Below, piece after piece: positions 8,641 through 17,669 of a stretch of 58,039 nt of DNA. Made by a program: the position numbers and the translations under genes. Every line of letters begins with the position of its first letter. The first letter of the stretch is position 1. Below the pieces are notes generated by a model. The model did not search any database and was not told the origin of the DNA. It was given only the letters and a program-made list of their open reading frames with translations. The stretch is taken from IMG/VR virus record IMGVR_UViG_3300037246_001186, positions 1 through 58,039 of that record. One strand, written 5' to 3'. Origin of the DNA: a virus. Its lineage: Duplodnaviria; Caudoviricetes.

Positions 8641-8966
8641 CAGTGAAGTCCCTGTTTCAATATCAGTGCTCCGATAGCCATGCAACCAGAGCCAGCAAGA
8701 ACGAGAGACCAGCTCCCTATCTCCCCTGAAGCGAGGAAGTACACTGCCCCGGTGCGGCACACCGTGTTACCGAGTGAGAACACCGCCCACGCCCACAGCC
8801 AGTGGGGTGCCCCATTCCACGCAAGATACAGACAAGTCTGTGTGATGAGGATGAGGGGGATGGTGAAGGGTGCCGCATCCAACCAACGATCGTTGGTCCT
8901 GTTGAAATACTCAAGACCAACGATCGCGATATTGGACACGAAGGATGCTGCCCACCAAGGGATCAT
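8640..8966 (-). CDS. Four-helix membrane protein, SMR/DMT-like
   Basis: 108 aa, four hydrophobic segments, Glu in TM1, 'GE...LAG...G' end typical of SMR/EamA halves. Confidence 0.6.
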   Translation of the reverse strand: MIPWWAASFVSNIAIVGLEYFNRTNDRWLDAAPFTIPLILITQTCLYLAWNGAPHWLWAWAVFSLGNTVCRTGAVYFLASGEIGSWSLVLAGSGCMAIGALILKQGLH

Positions 8967-9901
8967 TAGAGTCCTGCGTCCTGGTCGGAGCCCTCTGCTT
9001 CCTTGGCCGCAGCCTTGGCACTTGCCTGCGCACTCCGCGCCTCATCAGAGGCCTCGTCACGCTCCTCTGCCTCAGCAGCTCGCTGCAACAGAGCGGTGTA
9101 ACCGGCACGCTGGAGGGCGAAGTTCTCACGCATGACCTTGGTGAGTGCCCCCTCGAACTCGAACACGGCGGTGCTGTACTCGCCATTGGCACCCTCGTTG
9201 TTCTTCAGCTTGATCGTGGTCAGTGCCTCATGCGGGAACAGGCGACCTTCAACCGTTCCGATCTTCTGGCAGTACGCCGCCCACGGCTTGAACGAGCGGT
9301 TGGTGAACCGGATCCGCACGGGGAGATCCTCCCCCGGAACCATGACAGCCAAACTGATGTAGTTGGTACACGTCTGGGGGCTATCTTCCTTCTGATTCTT
9401 CATAGCCTCGAACGCTGCCTCACGCGCATCGCGTTGCTTCGCGTCGCGGTTACGGGGACAGGAAGCACAACCCTTCTCGGACTGTGGAGTCTCCGCGTTG
9501 CCTGCGATGAGCAGACCATCATTGCTGAAGCAGGGCGGTAGTTCACCGGCCTCGGTGGAACCGAACTTGCTATCCCAGTAGCTGTTGTGCCGGGTGAAGG
9601 CCACGACAACTCCGGTGATTCCGACTTCGCCCGGGATCTGCTTACCGTCAGCTCTTTGATACAAATTGGCGCCGTGGCCCTTGATCTTGACGACTTCCAA
9701 CATGGGGCGAACGTTGCCCATGGCCTCACGGACATCAGCACCGGTAGCGGTTCCCTTCTCGATTGCTTCACCAGTCTGAACAGTTTTGCGGAGGGAATCC
9801 ACGGTGAAATCACCGAGACCTTCCATCTCCAGGCCTACGGGGGCGATGACTGTTTCTTCTGACTGCTCTGCTGTCTCTGTCTTCTTTGCTTTCTTCGCCA
9901 T
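8966..9901 (-). CDS. Phage replication-module protein, putative Zn-binding ssDNA-binding/annealing protein
   Basis: PPCFSNDG, CASCPRN and a further Cys; acidic C-terminal tail; located beside the helicase. Confidence 0.5.
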   Translation of the reverse strand: MAKKAKKTETAEQSEETVIAPVGLEMEGLGDFTVDSLRKTVQTGEAIEKGTATGADVREAMGNVRPMLEVVKIKGHGANLYQRADGKQIPGEVGITGVVVAFTRHNSYWDSKFGSTEAGELPPCFSNDGLLIAGNAETPQSEKGCASCPRNRDAKQRDAREAAFEAMKNQKEDSPQTCTNYISLAVMVPGEDLPVRIRFTNRSFKPWAAYCQKIGTVEGRLFPHEALTTIKLKNNEGANGEYSTAVFEFEGALTKVMRENFALQRAGYTALLQRAAEAEERDEASDEARSAQASAKAAAKEAEGSDQDAGL

Positions 9902-9907
9902 TTCGAT

Positions 9908-10504
9908 CTAGCTCCTTGTTTTGGCGGTATCCTTCTTGATACCGCGGACAATTAGAATCTTCTTTGGGATCACACTGATGCCGGGAGGGAAGGACTCGTC
10001 TGTCTCATCCACACCCTTGTTGGTGTACTCCCTGCGTATGAAACCGTTGCGGGCCTGGGCGTTCACGGTCAGCATGTCGGGGTGGTGCTCCTGGACCCAA
10101 TCGATGAAGGCCGCGGGGTCATCCACCGCAGTATCGTAGCGCTCGGACACGGTACAGTTCTCACCGCCTCCACCCATGCCCTTGAACTGCTTGGTACCCT
10201 GCGTCTCCATCGCCTCGATCATCCGCCACTGCTGTGCATCCAGCTCGGCATTCACGATCTTCAGCGACTCCTTTAGAGCTGCTTGTCGATGGCGCAGGAC
10301 CACCACGTCGGCGAACTCGTTCTCAAGGGAGCCAAGCTCCTCAGTACCCAGCTCATTGCTGTCGGTACCGTCGGAGCCTCCTGCATCAGTGAGGAGCTGA
10401 TCGAGGACACCGGGTGTGTCGCTCTCTGGGAAGTGCTTCTGCATCGCTCCATCGAACTGAGCGAGAATACTGGGGTCTGCTTCTTTCGTCTTCTTACCGG
10501 CCAC
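9908..10504 (-). CDS. Conserved phage protein (coiled coil plus PPGI motif; Gam-like)
   Basis: Coiled coil, 'DPAAFIDWV', 'PPGISV'; GTG start with AAGGAG. Confidence 0.55.
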   Translation of the reverse strand: MAGKKTKEADPSILAQFDGAMQKHFPESDTPGVLDQLLTDAGGSDGTDSNELGTEELGSLENEFADVVVLRHRQAALKESLKIVNAELDAQQWRMIEAMETQGTKQFKGMGGGGENCTVSERYDTAVDDPAAFIDWVQEHHPDMLTVNAQARNGFIRREYTNKGVDETDESFPPGISVIPKKILIVRGIKKDTAKTRS

Positions 10505-10841
10505 GTATACTCCTTGTCAGCCTAACGCTGTCATCTTCGAAATGTTCAGTTGATACCTCTAGGATCATCGCGCCCTCTGTTGTTAGACACTGAAAACAGT
10601 GGGAGATCCCGGGGAGGATGTCCACGATGTCTCCTTTGCGGAGGTGCATCGGCACACCTCCGAGAGTGAGAAGCACTTCTCCTCCTAGCATAGTGAAGGT
10701 TTCGGTCTTCTTCTCATGGTAATGGATGCTACAACAAGCGCCGAAGTCTACGTACAGAATCTTGCCGCAGTATAGAGGGCTGTTAGCGAGCCACTCCTCC
10801 TGGCCCCACACCTTCTTATGGACCTCGGGTCGTCGGATCAT
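10494..10841 (-). CDS. Cupin, sugar-phosphate isomerase-like
   Basis: KVWGQE, YCGKIL, SIHYHEKKTETF, HCF, LEVST. Confidence 0.8.
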   Translation of the reverse strand: MIRRPEVHKKVWGQEEWLANSPLYCGKILYVDFGACCSIHYHEKKTETFTMLGGEVLLTLGGVPMHLRKGDIVDILPGISHCFQCLTTEGAMILEVSTEHFEDDSVRLTRSIRGR

Positions 10842-12682
10842 AGCGCTGCCAGCATTGATTTCATGGAGTCTCCTGTTACCACGTCGGCTAGGTTCTGCTT
10901 GTTCCGCAGAGCCTCAAGCTGAACGTGTGAGAGTGTCTTTTTCATCCGGTTCCCTCGGGCAGGGGGAGCGAGGCCTAGAAGATAAACTTCAGTCACTGGC
11001 CTAGTCTGCCCCTTGCGGTCAACGCGCTTCCTCGCCTGCGCCCACGTCCCATACTTGAACGTCAACCCATAGAAGAGGATAGTATCTGCGACCGTAAGAT
11101 TCAACCCCTTGGAGCCACATTCCCACTGAACGATGAGAACTCTGCATTCTGGATCATCCTTAAAGCGCTGCCGTCGGAGATCTCGCTCATCCTCCTTGAC
11201 ACCACCATGAAAACTAACTGGATTCCAGCCATTCCTCTCACACATCTCGGACAGAGCCTCAATCTCAGTCGCAGGGTGCTCCGCAAAGATCACGACCTTG
11301 CGCTGCGGGTCGAGCATCGCAGTCTTCATGTAGCCTTCAATGGCATCCAGGAATGGATTAGACTTCAGGGCCTTCCACCCTGCGTCCACGCCATCGCTGT
11401 CCATACACTTCACGAAGCCACCCAGAACCTGAGCCATCTTCTGATACCTGGTGAGGATGTTGCGGCCATCGATCAGGAAGTCACCATGCTCAGCCATCAT
11501 ATCCGACTTCAGCTCGCGCAGAATGCGCCCCTGCTCCGCACTCAGCTCAACAGGGAGCGTGCGGGCAGTCACAGGCGGTAGATCCAGGCAGTCCTTGGCT
11601 AGTGCCCTGAAAGACACCCGGGAGAGGCGCCGGTTGAGGTCGTCAAGGTTGCTATAGCCGGTGATGGTAGATACGAAGCGCGTGCCACCTCCCCTAGTTC
11701 TAACGGAGATGCGCTGCCGACGGGCGTAGGCACGATCGAATGAGAGTGCGGTGTTGAAGCCAAGACACCCGGGCTCCAGGATCTCGAACTGCGAGAACAC
11801 ATCCAGCGGGCTGCACTCCACAGGCGTACCGTTCAGAATCATACGGTAGTCGAACTTCTTCGACAACGTGGTTATCGCGTTGGTCGTGAGAGCATTCGGG
11901 TTCTTAACCTCGCCAGATTCATCAGCCACGAACATACCAGGCGGTGCAGCAGAAATAATGTCCAGTGTGCCCTGAAAGCGAGTAGCGGCGGGTGTCCGCT
12001 TGTTGATGTCGTATGCGAACTCCTCGTAGTTGGTAACGATCCATAGCAGCGAATCAGTCTCCTTGGCGAGTAGGCGCCGGAGGTACGCTTGTCGCTTGTC
12101 GCGGGAGCCTCGCAATATACGGACCTTCGGCTCACCCTCGGTGTGTATAATGACTTCGCCATCGTCGGCTCCCCATGTACCCTTCAAGTGATTCGGCGCC
12201 ACAACCATCACCCACTTGATGAGGCCCTGCGCGTGCAAGTGATTGGCAAGGCCCACAGTGACGAGGGACTTCCCTGTACCCTGCTCCATCAGCAGGGCGG
12301 CGTAGTTGGCTCCAGCCGCGATGCGCGATATGCAGAAGTTCATCCCCCGCACCTGCTGCTCCATAGGCTCGGTACACAAAAGAGGGTCGAAGATCAGCTC
12401 CTGCTCTTTCTCCTTCAGGGACTCCGCCTGATTCAGAGCCTCCCTCATCGATTGAAGATCGTTGACAGCTCCGAGGGCTTCCTTCGCTACCTCAGGGTCA
12501 AACGCAAGCATGATGTCACTGCACACGTCAGCGTCGTAGGGGAAGCTGAACACCGCTGAGCCCTCAACGGTGCCCTCGTGGTGGCACCCGCGGATCTGAC
12601 GCGCAGCAGCGCGCAAGGGGAGGATGCTCGGGAGCACCAGCACCAGGCGCGTGCCGTCTCTGCTTAGTCGGAGCTGCTTCAC
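10838..12682 (-). CDS. SNF2-family (SF2) helicase
   Basis: MEQGTGKS, VADES, LNGTP, GLNLT, QARKRVDRKGQ. Confidence 0.9.
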   Translation of the reverse strand: MKQLRLSRDGTRLVLVLPSILPLRAAARQIRGCHHEGTVEGSAVFSFPYDADVCSDIMLAFDPEVAKEALGAVNDLQSMREALNQAESLKEKEQELIFDPLLCTEPMEQQVRGMNFCISRIAAGANYAALLMEQGTGKSLVTVGLANHLHAQGLIKWVMVVAPNHLKGTWGADDGEVIIHTEGEPKVRILRGSRDKRQAYLRRLLAKETDSLLWIVTNYEEFAYDINKRTPAATRFQGTLDIISAAPPGMFVADESGEVKNPNALTTNAITTLSKKFDYRMILNGTPVECSPLDVFSQFEILEPGCLGFNTALSFDRAYARRQRISVRTRGGGTRFVSTITGYSNLDDLNRRLSRVSFRALAKDCLDLPPVTARTLPVELSAEQGRILRELKSDMMAEHGDFLIDGRNILTRYQKMAQVLGGFVKCMDSDGVDAGWKALKSNPFLDAIEGYMKTAMLDPQRKVVIFAEHPATEIEALSEMCERNGWNPVSFHGGVKEDERDLRRQRFKDDPECRVLIVQWECGSKGLNLTVADTILFYGLTFKYGTWAQARKRVDRKGQTRPVTEVYLLGLAPPARGNRMKKTLSHVQLEALRNKQNLADVVTGDSMKSMLAAL

Positions 12683-13272
12683 TTAGGCCTGGCCACCAGA
12701 TAGCCCTCATGGCGCTGCTGGATCTCGCACAAGTGCGTTTTGCCCAGCGCATCGATGAATGCGTCGGGTGTACCTATCGGACCAAGCGTCACCCTCCCAT
12801 CGGGCTGTGTGTACTTGAATGGTCCGTTGGCGAACTCCTCAGTAGAGTACAGGCGCCAGTCGTCGATGATGAAGACATCGCCGCTGTGATCGTAGTTGCT
12901 ATTGACGATGCTAAGGATTTCATCCTCTAGCGGCAGCTTCGGTGCATCACCAGGGTCACCATAGCGCTCGGGGAGGTGAGCATCCAGCCACCACAGGGTT
13001 GGTCCCTTCAAACAACCAACAATTACCTCAATGTATGTGCGTGAATCCCCCCGAAGAATCGACCACCTCTCATCGCAGGGTCGTTCCAAAACCATTCGGT
13101 CGCGAGCCTTTCGACACAAATCAGGCTGCAACTCAACACTCCACAATCTCTTGAACGGAAACCGCATCGCATGGAGGAGGCCATCACCTTTCCACGTCCC
13201 TGTCTCAACGAAGTTGTTGAGCTTGTAACTACTCTGTATCTGGTAGATAGGCCATGTGCTTAGTAATCCCAT
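12679..13272 (-). CDS. Class I SAM-dependent methyltransferase-like protein
   Basis: FVETGTWKGDG, SVEL, GDS, WLDAH, IIDD. Confidence 0.75.
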   Translation of the reverse strand: MGLLSTWPIYQIQSSYKLNNFVETGTWKGDGLLHAMRFPFKRLWSVELQPDLCRKARDRMVLERPCDERWSILRGDSRTYIEVIVGCLKGPTLWWLDAHLPERYGDPGDAPKLPLEDEILSIVNSNYDHSGDVFIIDDWRLYSTEEFANGPFKYTQPDGRVTLGPIGTPDAFIDALGKTHLCEIQQRHEGYLVARPK

Positions 13273-13913
13273 TAGCTTCTCACCAGTGCGACCAGGCGCT
13301 GCTTCTGCTCCATCCCAGCAGGTTGATCCTCAGTATACAGGACCTTCCAGTTGTTAGGGATGTGTAGGCCACGGGGAAACCAGCTGTAGCCATTTCCGCC
13401 AGGACCCGTCGCGCCATCGAAAGTCTGGGCAGGATCCGTGGCGAACGATAGGAGCACATACCGATGGAATCCCGTGCGACTGAGGAGGTAGTCAACCAGG
13501 TCGTCATGAACAGAATTCTCGGGGATGTGGTAGAGGACATCCACCGCTGCAACAAGATCAACTCGAAGTGGGTCTTGGAGATCACTAGAGAGGAAGTCAC
13601 CGAAGGTAGAGAGGACGAACTCCAGCTCTGGGTAACGCTCAATAGCGGTCGCTACGATAGGAGCGCAACCATCTACACCCATGTACATGATGCGGTTGAA
13701 ATCCTCCCATCGATCGAGGTACATCATGTCACCGATACCGAAGTCGAGCATTCGAAGGGCAACACCGCGGTGTCCAACAAAGTCCTGATAGATGGCACGC
13801 ATCGCCTTGGTCTTGGTCTCTGTCCACGCCGCGTTGTTACCGGAGAGCTTGCCGTTCCGGGCAAAGGACACCTCCATATGCTTCATCGACTCAATCTCGG
13901 TTGTCGCCTTCAT
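13272..13913 (-). CDS. Class I SAM-dependent methyltransferase
   Basis: LDFGIGD motif I, GVD, DVLYHI. Confidence 0.8.
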   Translation of the reverse strand: MKATTEIESMKHMEVSFARNGKLSGNNAAWTETKTKAMRAIYQDFVGHRGVALRMLDFGIGDMMYLDRWEDFNRIMYMGVDGCAPIVATAIERYPELEFVLSTFGDFLSSDLQDPLRVDLVAAVDVLYHIPENSVHDDLVDYLLSRTGFHRYVLLSFATDPAQTFDGATGPGGNGYSWFPRGLHIPNNWKVLYTEDQPAGMEQKQRLVALVRS

Positions 13914-14698
13914 ACTTTCTCCCATCCGTAACCAAGAGCGGCATAGGCGTCACCAGCCAGCTCGAATAAAAGTTCAAACTCATCGACGTTGAACTCTTGC
14001 TCCCATCGACCGATGCGCTGGGTGCGATTTACTGCGTCATGGAGAGCGGAACTAGCGTGAGCTACATGCTTGTGCGGATTGTTAGTCATAAGGCAAGCTG
14101 CGCTGCGACCTAGTTCCTCAGGATCAATCCCACCTACGAAGCGAGCTATACCCCTCCCTACTATCATAGGGTGCATCACCAAGTCCTCATAGCGAACGAT
14201 GGTGATACTGGAGTCATGGCGACTCCGAGCGAAGGCTTCAAGCCTCGCCCAGAAAGTAGCGATGATGACACGCGCTGGGTACTTCGATAGCTCTTTCGAC
14301 TCGGCGGGTGACAGCGCCCAATCCCACTGGTCGTTGGTGCGCTTGCGTAACCACTCCTCTGTACTCTGGCCATTCTTCCTGTTCGCCCTCACAACACTGC
14401 ACGCCACATCTCGACCGTCCCGAACGATGTGGAGACCACGGCCTCCCGTGATGTCACACACCTCAGCCAAGCGGACGATGTGACGAGGCTCCTTATCCAC
14501 GATGCGCATCTCCCCACGTCGAGTCCACTGACGTAGCGCCGCTGGATCAGATACTCCTTGACCAGGATGACCGAGGCGGAGGATCGCTGCACTCTGCTCA
14601 TAGGCTACACAGCAGTTAGCTACTCCCTCGAAGAGTTGACCGAGGATGGTGGTGCCGCTGCGCCCATGTCCTGCGATATGAATCGGTGTGTAGATCAC
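13910..14698 (-). CDS. PAPS-dependent sulfotransferase
   Basis: 5'-PSB loop GHGRSGTT, 3'-PB motif RDGRDVACS, VRYEDLV, IGRW. Confidence 0.9.
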   Translation of the reverse strand: MIYTPIHIAGHGRSGTTILGQLFEGVANCCVAYEQSAAILRLGHPGQGVSDPAALRQWTRRGEMRIVDKEPRHIVRLAEVCDITGGRGLHIVRDGRDVACSVVRANRKNGQSTEEWLRKRTNDQWDWALSPAESKELSKYPARVIIATFWARLEAFARSRHDSSITIVRYEDLVMHPMIVGRGIARFVGGIDPEELGRSAACLMTNNPHKHVAHASSALHDAVNRTQRIGRWEQEFNVDEFELLFELAGDAYAALGYGWEKV

Positions 14699-15702
14699 TT
14701 TGTACTGTTCCCGGGGAGTAGACGCACAGTGCGCGCACGACGAGTTCGCGCCACCTTGTGGTCCATTTCGGTATTTCCATCGTGTGGTTCGGTCCTGAGA
14801 ACGTTACCTCCAGGAGCGTAGTATCTCGCAGCGTACTGGTTCCGCATGTCATCTCTGATTGCTATGTCCTGCTCGTAGCGAACAGCCGCCATCCCTGGTT
14901 CGGCGATCAGCTCAGTACCATCAGACAGCTCCAACCAGTTCTCATCCACGATGCGGTTGTAGTCTACACTGAACATACCATTAGACCGAACTCGCGCGAA
15001 GGCCAGCCCATGCACCCATGTGTCGATCATCTGACCACGGGCGTAAGGAGGCGGCGGGTCGATGCTCGCCAAGCAACCAATGGACATCGCCATGTACTCA
15101 CCGGTAAGATTGCGAAGAGAGGCAATCTGATACTGATGGTTGTGGCCGTAAATGGTTGATACGCCAGTCTTCTTAATCATGTCAGCGGGAGTGCGCACCC
15201 CCTTGATGTGTCCATGCGTGAAGTGCAAGTCTCCGATCGCCCAGAAGCTGTTTTCAGGTACCCACTCCCACACGCGCTCATCCATACGGAGGCGCCTCTT
15301 GAGATTCACCATGTCACGCATGGTTGGGTACTTGGCCTCGAACTGCGTTGCCCACGCCTCGTGATTACCCTCGATGAAGATCACTTTGATGCCATGTGCC
15401 GCGGTGATGGCTTGAATGTCATCGAGTCGGTTGTTCACCAAGGCGATGTCCTCTTCAACAAAGACTTGATCCGCCCTAAGGGCAGACCAGCGACTCATCG
15501 ACTCCCAGTTTCCGAAGTCTCCGATGATGACGAAGTGGGTTATTCTATCACCGTAATGGACGAGAGCCTGAATCATCAGATCCCAGCACGGGAGTGAATA
15601 CGTCGGAGTATCAATCATATACCCAATGTGAACATCGGGTATGACCATGACGAAGTGTTCCTTCTGAGAGGGTGCCCGCCGCTTCGGAGGTCTGTACGTC
15701 AA
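14695..15702 (-). CDS. Calcineurin-like metallophosphoesterase
   Basis: PDVH, IGDF, EGNHE, THGH, YGHNH, SIGCL. Confidence 0.88.
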   Translation of the reverse strand: MTYRPPKRRAPSQKEHFVMVIPDVHIGYMIDTPTYSLPCWDLMIQALVHYGDRITHFVIIGDFGNWESMSRWSALRADQVFVEEDIALVNNRLDDIQAITAAHGIKVIFIEGNHEAWATQFEAKYPTMRDMVNLKRRLRMDERVWEWVPENSFWAIGDLHFTHGHIKGVRTPADMIKKTGVSTIYGHNHQYQIASLRNLTGEYMAMSIGCLASIDPPPPYARGQMIDTWVHGLAFARVRSNGMFSVDYNRIVDENWLELSDGTELIAEPGMAAVRYEQDIAIRDDMRNQYAARYYAPGGNVLRTEPHDGNTEMDHKVARTRRARTVRLLPGNSTK

Positions 15703-16229
15703 TTAACTTCCTTTGGATCTTCGGGTGCAACAGGACTCTCGGGTACCCCCGCGGCGTTCTCCGCTTCAGTCCACTTCGTGAGGCTATCTACCAGCTCCTT
15801 AGCTTTCTTTCCAAGAGGTCTCTCATCATCCTTCTTGAGGCGACTCTCAGTGACGGTGCTGGGCTTGCCCCGGTCCACGCGCTCCAACTCTATGACTGTC
15901 TTGAGTGCTCGGGAAAGCGTCTCCAATCCGGGAGCCTCGGCTCGCTCAACAGGATTCGGACTCTTGAGTGCCCTGACCGCGTTGTCAAGAGCAGTCTCGA
16001 CAGCCTCAGCTGCCGCCATGGCAACCGGAATCAAGCGCTGCGTGCGTGCCGACTCAATCTCATCCGCCAGTGCCTCGTAGTACGCGAGGAACAGTGGCTC
16101 GCGCAGCCACCGATACAAGGTAGTGCGATTCACTCCCTCGTCAGTGGCGATCTTTGTACGGTGGATGCCTCGTAGCAGTGCCTCTGCTACGCGCTTGTGT
16201 TGCTCGGTTAAGACTGTTAGTCCTGCCAT
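15699..16229 (-). CDS. HTH DNA-binding protein, terminase-small-subunit-like
   Basis: LTEQHKRVAEALL...IATDEGVNRTTLYRWLREPLF. Confidence 0.65.
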   Translation of the reverse strand: MAGLTVLTEQHKRVAEALLRGIHRTKIATDEGVNRTTLYRWLREPLFLAYYEALADEIESARTQRLIPVAMAAAEAVETALDNAVRALKSPNPVERAEAPGLETLSRALKTVIELERVDRGKPSTVTESRLKKDDERPLGKKAKELVDSLTKWTEAENAAGVPESPVAPEDPKEVN

Positions 16230-17008
16230 TATGCCCCTTCCACTCTTATATCAACTCCATTCATCTTTCTGCGATACTCCCTGAGTAAGTCAGGCAACTT
16301 CTTCTCCCACCTCTGGATGAAGTACTCACCATTGTGGTGATCCTGCTTTCCACAGAGAGAGCGGGTACCCCCCTCTCCGTGTATAGCCACAGCGTCACGA
16401 GCGCATCCGACGCTGCCACCCCTCTCCAAGATCTTCAAACACAAGTCAGTGTCCTCAAACCCGTAGTTGTAACCCTCGTCGAATCCGCCCACTTCGTTGA
16501 ATACATCTGCACGCACCATCGCAGCAGCAAACGTCACCGACGGGGTGTAAACAAAACCCTGCCCGCGATAGCGGTCTCGGGGCTCATTCCTTCCAATGTG
16601 GTCGCACCTGTATGGTAGCACGATTCGGGTACCGGCATGATTCACCGTACCGTCCTCATGGAGAAGAAGCGCTCCGATCACATCAGCCTGATTCCGGTAC
16701 CACCACAACCTGTCAAGGAACAGAGGCTCCGGGATGGCGTCGTCATTCAGGAACAGGATCCACTCGGTGTCGGGAGCGGCCTTCACCGCGGTGTTGTTTC
16801 CGACGGAGAAGCTCGTATTGAAGCGCGGATCGAGGGTGGCCCAATCGGCCTTCAAGGCAAGCGATACCTTTTCGGGGTCGCGGTCATTGTTCACCAGGAC
16901 TCCGAGGTACTGCGGAACCTCCCCCTCCTGCTGAGCCAGGGCCTTCAGCAGTCGCTGGAAGTACTTGATGTTTCGGCTCAGCGTCACGATAGTGAGTTCA
17001 CACGCCAT
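16229..17008 (-). CDS. Glycosyltransferase family 2
   Basis: SFSVGNN, LFLNDDA, GGFDEGYNYGFEDTDLC. Confidence 0.9.
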   Translation of the reverse strand: MACELTIVTLSRNIKYFQRLLKALAQQEGEVPQYLGVLVNNDRDPEKVSLALKADWATLDPRFNTSFSVGNNTAVKAAPDTEWILFLNDDAIPEPLFLDRLWWYRNQADVIGALLLHEDGTVNHAGTRIVLPYRCDHIGRNEPRDRYRGQGFVYTPSVTFAAAMVRADVFNEVGGFDEGYNYGFEDTDLCLKILERGGSVGCARDAVAIHGEGGTRSLCGKQDHHNGEYFIQRWEKKLPDLLREYRRKMNGVDIRVEGA

Positions 17009-17669
17009 GATGAACTAGCCCCCCATCTACAAACATATCCACACTCTGCCACGCCTGATGACAATTATCGCGCGGCAGTGCCAACTTGTCACCGAGTGTA
17101 GCTACAGGCTCAATGAGGAAGTCTGCGAACTCAGCCTCAACAGCGCCAGGCATCTGAGACCACTTGAAGATCTCCTGGTTGTACACGGCAATCAGCATCT
17201 CAGCTCGCTCCGCGTCCCAGCCCTCACGCGCCATCAGTGACGAAACGATGGCCTCTGGCTTGCGCCTAACGATCACCGGGAGCAGCTCCAAACCCATGCG
17301 GTCAGCGAAACGCCTCCATAGTGGGAGCATCACGCACATCCTCGGATCCTTGACACCGGGCAGATCCACCTCACCCATGCGGTTTAGCTCATACCAACGG
17401 CAGAGACTATCCAAGGCCAAGGTTCCCTCTCGGCTCCAAAAGGCACTGCCTCTTAAGATAGGCCGACGGCACCACGCCCTACCATTCAACGCAAGGAGTC
17501 GATCGTGTGCTCGAACGACAGGCATCGCCTCGTAGTAGCCCTTCGGGTTATCACTGCTCGCGGGCATCAGCTGGTTACCAAAGTCCACCCCCAAGCGAGC
17601 GAGAGTGCCCGCAACAGCAGAAGTCCCACTGCGGTGCATCCCTATGACACACAGAAGCTTACTCGGCAT
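16998..17669 (-). CDS. Sulfotransferase-family protein
   Basis: VIGMHRSGTS, DNPKGYYE, KDPR, RKPEAIVSSL. Confidence 0.88.
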   Translation of the reverse strand: MPSKLLCVIGMHRSGTSAVAGTLARLGVDFGNQLMPASSDNPKGYYEAMPVVRAHDRLLALNGRAWCRRPILRGSAFWSREGTLALDSLCRWYELNRMGEVDLPGVKDPRMCVMLPLWRRFADRMGLELLPVIVRRKPEAIVSSLMAREGWDAERAEMLIAVYNQEIFKWSQMPGAVEAEFADFLIEPVATLGDKLALPRDNCHQAWQSVDMFVDGGLVHHGV

